A stretch of 64,000 nucleotides of DNA from Myxococcales bacterium (lineage in GTDB: Bacteria; UBA10199; 2-02-FULL-44-16; JAAZCA01), in assembly GCA_012513515.1 (NCBI GenBank), contig JAAZCA010000036.1, positions 9,045-73,044 of the forward strand. The letters run 5' to 3'. Shown here piece after piece: positions 57,099 to 64,000 of this stretch. Positions within the stretch are counted from its first letter, which is position 1. The number at the start of each line of letters is the position of its first letter. The notes beneath the pieces were generated by a model, which had not been told where the DNA came from, did not search any database, and saw nothing but the letters and a program-made list of their open reading frames with translations. The position numbers were made by a program, and so were the translations under genes.

Positions 57099-57956
57099 AT
57101 GAAAAAACTAATATCCCTTGTCTGTTTTTTCTCCCTGATTTCATCTGTCGCATCGGCTTTCGAGACCATTGGGTTTCAAAATCCCTACGGAGTTGCGGTA
57201 GATCCTGACTCCGGAAGCATATATGTTTCAAACATCAACGGCCCCTATGATTCGCGTGATGGAAACGGGTTTATATCCAAACTGAGGGGGGATGGAACCG
57301 TCGATCAGATGAGATATCTTGGAGGCGAGTCGGGCAGCGTTACGATGAACGCCCCCAAGGGAATGGCGGTCGTAGGAGGCAAGCTCTATGCAGCGGACAT
57401 AGACAAGTTGCGCGTCTTCGATTTACGCAAGGGAACCTTTCTTTATAATATCAACTTTGGCGACTACCTCGTCCGTCATCTGGTAGGAATAATCAAGGGG
57501 CCTGACAGGGCGCTTTATGTTACGGATGGTCCGGCCAATATCATCTACAGGATCGATCCGGATAGGCAGCATGAGGTCACGCTCTTTGCATCCGGCGATT
57601 TTTTAGGTGAGCCCCATGGGATATGCTGGCATCCCGTTCGTGAGATATTTATGATCTTGGGCTGGGCCTCCGGAGAGCTTTCGCATCTGGATAAAATCGG
57701 GAAGAGACAGATTCTGCCGTCTGTTTCAGTTCCCAGAATGGAGGGATGTGCCGTCGATAGCGCTGGGAATGTTTATCTATCCAGCGAATCGTTGGGCACT
57801 ATATTCAGGCTTTCGACGGCATTATCGCTTTTTCCGTTTTCGATCAATGAAGGGAGTCCCGTCGGGATATTGTACAGGGAATCGGCAAAAGATCTCATAT
57901 CCGTATCGATGGATTCCAACAAAGTGAAGAGTTTTTTGGTGGATAACGAAAAGTAA
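57099..57956 (+). CDS. Exported six-bladed beta-propeller (SMP-30/gluconolactonase-like)
   Basis: IYVSNING...DGNGFISKL, NAPKGMAV, LYAADID repeats. Confidence 0.78.
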   Translation: MKKLISLVCFFSLISSVASAFETIGFQNPYGVAVDPDSGSIYVSNINGPYDSRDGNGFISKLRGDGTVDQMRYLGGESGSVTMNAPKGMAVVGGKLYAADIDKLRVFDLRKGTFLYNINFGDYLVRHLVGIIKGPDRALYVTDGPANIIYRIDPDRQHEVTLFASGDFLGEPHGICWHPVREIFMILGWASGELSHLDKIGKRQILPSVSVPRMEGCAVDSAGNVYLSSESLGTIFRLSTALSLFPFSINEGSPVGILYRESAKDLISVSMDSNKVKSFLVDNEK

Positions 57957-57960
57957 TCGA

Positions 57961-59136
57961 TCAGAAACGCTTGTAGTCGAAGGATATGCTCTCCGCGTTG
58001 CAGAGCCTTTTTTCGATGCAGGAGTTGCACTTTACATCCGGATCTATCTTTTCCCATACAGTTGGCGTTTCCATACAGAGATACACCTTGTGCCGCGGGA
58101 GTTTGGACAGGAGTTTTTCGTACAGCGGTCTGTATGCATCTTCGCGTATGAAGCGCAGATAGCGCATCTTTCCGTTGGAAGGGACGAATTCGCCGGTGTA
58201 TATCTTTGTGTCAGGAAATCTCCTCGATGCGATACGAGAAAGGTCTTTTGGAAAACGAAGAAGCCCTAAGCTTATCCATGATATCTGCCTAGGCTCGAGT
58301 TTTTCAAATATTTTGTCGACGACGTCGAGGTATGCTTGGATCTCCGATGTCGCATCTTTTATTATTATGATGGGATCGAAGTGAAAGCCGACCCCGTAGC
58401 CCGCCGATGACACTTTTGCCGCAGCTTCTAGCCTTTCTTCAAGCGATGAGGTGTTCCTCTCTTCGGATGCGATATAAGCCGGAGTGTTTATTGACCACGA
58501 AACCACGGTCCGGTTTCTGTGACGAAGTTCCATAAGCGAATCGACGCAAAGCGACTTTGTTTTTAGCTCCAGAATTGCATTTTTTTTTGACGCGAAGAAT
58601 GGGACTAACAGACTCGCCGACTCGGTGATCGGGTCGAGCGCTAGACTATCTCCGAGTTCGCCGGTTCCGATACGGAAGAACTTTCCTTCCTCCTTGGCCA
58701 GAAACGCTGAAACCTCAGCCAATATTTCCTCGACGTTTACGTAGACGGTGGTCCGTGGATTGTTGTACAGGTACGACTGCAGTATGCAGTAGCTGCATTC
58801 CATCGGGCATCCCGAGACGAGATCCAGAACGCGATAATTGCAGCAAAGATGTCCTTCTCCTATTCCTTGGCAGAGTTTAAAAGCCTGACCTTTGTGGGCT
58901 GTAAGAACCATCTGGTTTTTGGCGCTGGCCGCGTCGGTCGGACGTTTGAGGGTTCTCACATCATCGACGATATCTACTTCGATATCCTTGAGTTTGTTCA
59001 TGATGCGTATCGTTTGTGGATGATCGGCCACGGATGCGTCGATCCAGACGTGTTCCGGCGTGAAGGGAAACGCACTAGTTTTTATTTTTCTGGAAGGCAG
59101 CCTTCTGACCTTCGAATCATGAGCAACTGTGGACAT
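57961..59136 (-). CDS. Spore-photoproduct-lyase-like radical SAM protein
   Basis: CCNY..GCPMECSYCILQ, RIGTGELGDS, LELKTKS, VVSWS, GFHFDP, YLCME. Confidence 0.88.
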   Translation of the reverse strand: MSTVAHDSKVRRLPSRKIKTSAFPFTPEHVWIDASVADHPQTIRIMNKLKDIEVDIVDDVRTLKRPTDAASAKNQMVLTAHKGQAFKLCQGIGEGHLCCNYRVLDLVSGCPMECSYCILQSYLYNNPRTTVYVNVEEILAEVSAFLAKEEGKFFRIGTGELGDSLALDPITESASLLVPFFASKKNAILELKTKSLCVDSLMELRHRNRTVVSWSINTPAYIASEERNTSSLEERLEAAAKVSSAGYGVGFHFDPIIIIKDATSEIQAYLDVVDKIFEKLEPRQISWISLGLLRFPKDLSRIASRRFPDTKIYTGEFVPSNGKMRYLRFIREDAYRPLYEKLLSKLPRHKVYLCMETPTVWEKIDPDVKCNSCIEKRLCNAESISFDYKRF

Positions 59137-59200
59137 GGTTGCACCCTTACATATTAAGTATAGTTCTTGTCATGAATTTTTGTGGTCCCTGACGAAAAAA

Positions 59201-60172
59201 TCAGGCGCGATACCATTCGAAAATCTGCTGCCACTTCTGTTTTTCGAACGCATCCTGAATTTTCTTGATGACCGCGTCGAGCTCTCCGGGATGTGAGAAC
59301 TGGCATTCCAGTTTCATGTTTCTGTTTTCGAAATACGGATCGGCGACGACCCTTGCCGAATCGGGGAGTTCCAGCCCCTGAATCAACTCTGCGAGCTGAC
59401 GCTGCCTCTGAGAGAGCTGCGGCAGGCGGATACCCTTGAGGGCCTTCCTGAGCGCATTGACTTTATCGGCCGAAGGTGCGGCCGGATTGGCTACGACCTG
59501 AAGCAGCTGGTAGCGATGAAGTATTTCCTCGACCGACAGCGCATCACGAGCTGAAATCTCACGCAGAAGCGAGAGCAGCTCGTTTAGCTTATTCGTAGAA
59601 GGGCGGATGTGAGTCAAAACCGCCAAAAGCGCCTGCTGCGTGGACGGGGTGAACTCAGCTATTCTGCTGGCTGAAGAAAGCGCGATATCATTGTTTACCA
59701 CATGATTCTTGAGTGGTTCGGTGAGCGCGCCCAGAGAGAGCAACTGATGGAGTATCTTGAAACTCTGTTCTTCACCCAACAAGGGCAGGAACTGTTTCGT
59801 GAGATCTTCATCGGACATCGAATAGAACTGTTTCAGCTTTGTGAGTGCGATGCTCTTTTCGACCAGATTCAATCGGCGCGATATCGCGTTGTCGTGCAGA
59901 TTCCACAGAAATGCCTGCGTCGGCGACAGGTCGTTGTGCTCATAGAGCATCGCCGGGATAGATTGCCTCTCCAGCTCCTGCATAGCCAAAACGCGTTTGT
60001 AGCCGGTGACTATCTGGTATGTTCCCTCCGGAGTATGCCGCACAGTGATCGGCTGGATGATTCCTACCTGCTTGATCGAACGTTTCAACTCCTCGATCTT
60101 AGGGGAAAAGGTTATGCGGTAGCTGTCATCCGCAATGTTTAGACTGGAAACGTTTATGTATTGGAGTAACAT
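59201..60172 (-). CDS. ParB/Srx N-terminal domain protein
   Basis: LKRSIKQVGIIQPI..YQIVTGYKR; helical C-terminus. Confidence 0.82.
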   Translation of the reverse strand: MLLQYINVSSLNIADDSYRITFSPKIEELKRSIKQVGIIQPITVRHTPEGTYQIVTGYKRVLAMQELERQSIPAMLYEHNDLSPTQAFLWNLHDNAISRRLNLVEKSIALTKLKQFYSMSDEDLTKQFLPLLGEEQSFKILHQLLSLGALTEPLKNHVVNNDIALSSASRIAEFTPSTQQALLAVLTHIRPSTNKLNELLSLLREISARDALSVEEILHRYQLLQVVANPAAPSADKVNALRKALKGIRLPQLSQRQRQLAELIQGLELPDSARVVADPYFENRNMKLECQFSHPGELDAVIKKIQDAFEKQKWQQIFEWYRA

Positions 60173-60261
60173 GGCGGCGGATAATGGAGAAGTCCTTCCA
60201 GAATTGCAATATTAATCTTTATCCGAATCTGATTTTTTGAAAAATTTTGGAGGCCTCTTTG

Positions 60262-60735
60262 ATGAAGGAAAAAAATCTCGAAGAAACTTTTATGAAAGCC
60301 GCTGTGGCACAGGCGGTGCGGGCGGGAGAATTAGACGAGGTACCAATTGGAGCGGTTGCGGTTTTGGGCAACAAAATAATAGCCAGGGCGCACAACCTTC
60401 GTGAAAAAAAACAGGATCCGCTAGGTCACGCCGAAATTTTGCTGATCGAAAAGGCGGCGAAAAAAATGAAAAGCTGGAGGCTGGATGGCGTCACCATATA
60501 TGTTACATGCGAGCCTTGTGTGATGTGTGCGGGAGCTATTTTGCAGTCGAGGGTGAAGAGGGTTGTATTTGGCTGTTTCGATCCGAAGGCGGGAGCGGTA
60601 GGTTCCCTCTTCAACCTGTCGAACGATAGAAGGCTAAATCACAGATTCGAGGTGAAAAGCGGGGTTATGGGAAAACAGTGTGCAGCTCTCCTCTCCGAAT
60701 TTTTCAGGCGGAAGCGGAAGAAAAAATGCAAATAA
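60262..60735 (+). CDS. tadA: tRNA adenosine-34 deaminase
   Basis: EVPIGAV, HAE, SWRL, EPCVMC, DPKAGA, RLNH. Confidence 0.95.
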   Translation: MKEKNLEETFMKAAVAQAVRAGELDEVPIGAVAVLGNKIIARAHNLREKKQDPLGHAEILLIEKAAKKMKSWRLDGVTIYVTCEPCVMCAGAILQSRVKRVVFGCFDPKAGAVGSLFNLSNDRRLNHRFEVKSGVMGKQCAALLSEFFRRKRKKKCK

Positions 60736-60751
60736 CATCTCCTCTCCTCAC

Positions 60752-60782
60752 AAAAAACCCGCGCTTTCGCACGGGTTTTTTT
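60752..60782. terminator. Bidirectional intrinsic terminator between tadA and tRNA-Ser
   Basis: AAAAAACCCGCGC-TTTC-GCACGGGTTTTTTT. Confidence 0.8.
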
Positions 60783-60786
60783 GTTG

Positions 60787-60873
60787 CGGAGAGGGAGGGA
60801 TTCGAACCCTCGGTACCCAGAAGGGTACAACGGTTTTCGAGACCGCCCCGTTCGACCGCTCCGGCACCTCTCC
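60787..60873 (-). tRNA. tRNA-Ser(CGA)
   Basis: GGAGAGG acceptor, GCGGT-CT CGA AA-ACCGT, long variable arm, GGTTCGAATCC; CCA not encoded. Confidence 0.95.
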
Positions 60874-60878
60874 AGTAT

Positions 60879-61246
60879 TTGCGTTATGCTGGCGACGACT
60901 GTAGGTCGGTGCTAGTCATTACGCAAATACTGGCCCGCCAAAGTTTTAGTGGCGGGCTCTTTCAGCAAGTTTTCAACAACTTTTCTGCCTTCGCCTGTTT
61001 TTAGAAATCGTTCACATTTCATTGCGTTATGCTGGCGACGACTGTAGGTCGGTGCTAGTCATTACGCAAATATTGGCCCGCCAAAGTTTTAGTGGCGGGC
61101 TCTTTCAGCAAGTTTTCAACAACTTTTCTGCCTTCGCCTGTTTTTAGAAATCGTTCACATTTCATTGCGTTATGCTGGCGACGACTGTAGGTCGGCGCTA
61201 GTCATTACGCAAATACTGGCCCGCCAAAGTTTTAGTGGCGGGCTCT
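60879..61246. repeat. 143-bp tandem repeat, about 2.6 copies, each with two hairpins
   Basis: Units begin TTGCGTTATGCTGGCG at 60879, 61022, 61165; only two substitutions noticed among copies. Confidence 0.95.
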
Positions 61247-61299
61247 CCACTGAGGTTTCTGAGTCCTCGATTTAAGCACTTGATGATGACAATATTTCC

Positions 61300-61346
61300 G
61301 TCATTCCTGCACTGTAAGCCGCTTTCTGCGGCGGGGCAGGAATCCA
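61300..61346. repeat. REP-like palindrome with internal hairpin
   Basis: GTCATTCCTGC...GCCGC-tttct-GCGGC...GCAGGAATCCA. Confidence 0.6.
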
Positions 61347-61508
61347 GTTACGGACGTTCAACTCATAACCGCACATACCTCAACTTTCGACCTTGAAGCC
61401 GAATCCCCCTACAACAGGCAAAAAGCTTTGTCTAGATCTCATATCGGTTGTCTAAATCATGCCCCTGTAGTATCGGCCCTCTCTTAAAATTGAAGAAAGG
61501 TTGGGAAA

Positions 61509-62540
61509 ATGGAAATAGCGATAGTTGGACTCCCTCAAAGCGGGAAGAGCACTCTTTTTAAAATAATGACCGGCGTGGACAGCGGCTCGCAGCTCTCCGA
61601 GGTCGCTGTGCGCGGCGTCGCGAAGATCCCCGACGCGCGTTTTTTGAAGCTGGTGGAGATTTTCAAGCCCGCGAAGGTGACTCCTGCCTCCGTGCCGTTT
61701 GTGGATATCAACGCCCGCGGCGAGGGAGCATGGTCCGTAATAAGACAGAGAATCGGATCAGCAGATGCGATCCTACATGTCATAGATGCCTTTACCGATT
61801 CGGATACTGTGAAACTCACGGATAAGTACCAAAAACTTTCGGTGGAGATGGCGATAGCCGATCTCATAATGGTCGAAGCCCGTCTCGAAAAACTTATGAA
61901 GATCCCGGCGGCGACGCTGAAGCCTGAGGAGAAAATACACAGGGAACTTCTTCCCAAGGTGAAGGATATGCTGGAGTCGGGCGGCGGGGTGAGGGATGTC
62001 GATATGTCCGATTTCGAAAGGGACTCGCTGAAAAGCTTTTCATTTCTTACGATCAAGCCTGAGATGGTGGTCGTCAATGTAGCAGAGGGAGTTTCCGGGG
62101 TAGCCGCTCAATTCGTTTCGAAATCGCCGGTCGGTCGAAATGCCATAGAGATCTGCTGCAACATAGAGTCTGAGATCGCCGAGCTCGAACAGGCTGAGCG
62201 CGAGGAGTTTATGAAGTCGCTAGGGATCGACGAGCCTGCCTTTGCACGAATCATCAGGGAGGCCTTTTTGATGCTAGGCCGCATCTATTATTTCACCGTC
62301 GGCGAGGATGAGGTGAGGGCGTGGGTCATAAGAAAGGGCTCCACCGCGCCACAGGCGGCCGCCGCTATACACAAAGATTTCGAACGTGGTTTCATCAGGG
62401 CTGAGGTCGTCGCATACCATGACTTCATAAACACCGGCTGCGATCTTCATAAGGCCAAAGCTGCCGGCAAACAGCGACTAGAGGGAAAGGAATATATCGT
62501 CGCGGATGGTGATATTGTAAATTTCAGGTTTAATGTGTAG
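61509..62540 (+). CDS. YchF/Ola1-like ATPase (divergent), TGS/DUF933 C-terminus
   Basis: GLPQSGKST, LTIKP..VVNVAE, FTVGEDEVRAW, IHKDFERGFIRAE, EGKEYIVADGD. Confidence 0.88.
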   Translation: MEIAIVGLPQSGKSTLFKIMTGVDSGSQLSEVAVRGVAKIPDARFLKLVEIFKPAKVTPASVPFVDINARGEGAWSVIRQRIGSADAILHVIDAFTDSDTVKLTDKYQKLSVEMAIADLIMVEARLEKLMKIPAATLKPEEKIHRELLPKVKDMLESGGGVRDVDMSDFERDSLKSFSFLTIKPEMVVVNVAEGVSGVAAQFVSKSPVGRNAIEICCNIESEIAELEQAEREEFMKSLGIDEPAFARIIREAFLMLGRIYYFTVGEDEVRAWVIRKGSTAPQAAAAIHKDFERGFIRAEVVAYHDFINTGCDLHKAKAAGKQRLEGKEYIVADGDIVNFRFNV

Positions 62541-62631
62541 AGATCAGTGGCCCTGATTTTTATCCCTCAATTGTGGCTGCCTGATCCCTTATTTCCCCTT
62601 GAAACGGGGCCGTGTGCGGAACGTACCTACT

Positions 62632-62719
62632 TGGCGGAGAGAGTGGGATTCGAACCCACGTTACCGTTAAGTAAACACGCTTTCCAAGCGTGCGCCTTCA
62701 GCCTCTCGGCCATCTCTCC
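62632..62719 (-). tRNA. tRNA-Ser(GGA)
   Basis: GGAGAGA acceptor, CACGC-TT GGA AA-GCGTG, long variable arm, encoded CCA. Confidence 0.96.
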
Positions 62720-62800
62720 AGAAGCGGGCGCAATAGAGCATAAGGCCATTTCCAGGGCAACTCATTTTTGCATGAGCGGGGTTTCGCAGATCGCTAGATA

Positions 62801-64000
62801 TTACGGTATCTGGTTCTGCTTCGTGCTTAAGTTTTCTGCGCGCCTTGCCGATTTTTCAAGTAGTGAAAAGATGAGAGCCGATGTGAACGGGATAGCTTCG
62901 CTGAATTCCTCAAAGCTGAGCGTCCCCGATAGTATGGATGCACCGGCTTCTGCGACAAACTCTCCCCAGTCTTGGCTGTAATAGCAGGATTTCGTCAGTC
63001 TTTCTAGTGTTACGAATTCCTTTTCGCCCCCGGACTTTATGGCCAGCATTGCCGCGACCCAGCCTTCAGATCTTTCACCTCCATGAAGCGAGTGACACAT
63101 CTCATGAAGAAATATTGGGAAGACTTCTCCATATTTCCTGTCGAATTCGAAGAGGCGCACGAGGTTTTTGGAGCTGCAAAATATTCCCCCTACGTCTGAG
63201 AGGGTACTGAATCCGTAATACGTTGAAGTATTGGGATAGATTTCTATTCGTTTTACGCTGCTGAAAAGTGCGATGGGGCTTTTTGACATCATCCTCACTA
63301 TTCTCGATCGTCTTGCTACAAATGATTTTCTTTCATCTGCCACAACTTGAAGAGTGATCTTCCTTTTAAATTCGGGGGTGAAGATGTCTATGGCCTGAGT
63401 GAAGATTCTTTCTGCAACAAGGTTTGCGCCTATTTCATTGATCTCCGATGTCGCCGGTATTGGGTGCCGGACTGTCGGAGTTTTTAAAGAGGCTGGATTG
63501 ATTTGCGCGTAAAAGTGTGTTTTAAAGAAATTCCTGATTTCATCGGTGGATGCCTCCCGCCATCTCCTGTTCGGGAGGGATTTGTGGAGTTTGATATTCC
63601 TGTGATCTCCGGATCCGTTTAATTCGAAATCTCCGTAGTTGGTCGGCTCCGAGATCGGGTTTATGAAAAAATCCGTGTTTCCAATTCGTATCGGATACTG
63701 CCTGTACATCTTTCCAAATTTATCGGTTATCACTCCTATGGAGGGATAACTCCTTCTTGTCAAAGGGGCAACCTTTTCGCCTTTTGGAACTGCGAAGAGA
63801 AAGCGTTCGCTGCTGTTGAGGTCCATGAGAAAATGCGGATTGGCATTTTCACCTTCGCTTTCGATTATCTCCGCTGTATCGGCCTTGTGCGCTTCGTAGG
63901 CTCTTCCTTCGTACGCTATGAATCTGATGTCGGTCAGGTCGGCGTTTTCTATCCTGACAGGGGTGTTTCCTTTTTCATCGATTTGGAAGGCGAAGTAGCC
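62801..64000 (-). CDS. Large hypothetical protein with C-terminal HExxH zinc-peptidase-like domain (5' end outside window)
   Basis: Frame has no stop from 62801 to the window edge; FLHEMCHSL followed by YY...GEFVAE. Confidence 0.65.
   Translation of the reverse strand, partial: GYFAFQIDEKGNTPVRIENADLTDIRFIAYEGRAYEAHKADTAEIIESEGENANPHFLMDLNSSERFLFAVPKGEKVAPLTRRSYPSIGVITDKFGKMYRQYPIRIGNTDFFINPISEPTNYGDFELNGSGDHRNIKLHKSLPNRRWREASTDEIRNFFKTHFYAQINPASLKTPTVRHPIPATSEINEIGANLVAERIFTQAIDIFTPEFKRKITLQVVADERKSFVARRSRIVRMMSKSPIALFSSVKRIEIYPNTSTYYGFSTLSDVGGIFCSSKNLVRLFEFDRKYGEVFPIFLHEMCHSLHGGERSEGWVAAMLAIKSGGEKEFVTLERLTKSCYYSQDWGEFVAEAGASILSGTLSFEEFSEAIPFTSALIFSLLEKSARRAENLSTKQNQIP

Noticed and set aside
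60879-61246. CRISPR array
   Set aside because: The segments between hairpins are identical rather than unique spacers, the unit is 143 bp, and no cas genes are present.

Overview
Gene-dense chromosomal window from a Gram-negative, probably anaerobic or facultative bacterium. The gene set looks Deltaproteobacteria-like, but that is inference only. Most of it is housekeeping and envelope genes: add, tamAB-like, a 2-oxoacid:ferredoxin oxidoreductase operon containing a GltD-like flavoprotein, rpe/fmt/def, priA, rlmH, polX, asnS, galU, prfC, ldtD-like, mgsA, galT, otsB, tadA and a ychF-like gene. It also holds a cobalamin-riboswitch-controlled B12 uptake operon with two extra lipoproteins and five intact tRNA genes. 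The most unusual signal is non-coding, at 32.9-33.9 kb. Intact tRNA-Ala(CGC) and tRNA-Val(CAC) genes each sit in the loop of a long inverted-repeat 'wrapper' with shared, covarying termini (CTCGATnTG...CAnATCGGGA). Each wrapper interrupts a decayed outer copy of the same tRNA, giving a tRNA inside a tRNA. Related palindromic elements recur elsewhere, including a 143-bp tandem array abutting tRNA-Ser(CGA). No integrase, transposase or CRISPR-cas gene was seen. All family assignments come from motif recognition by eye; no database searches were run.
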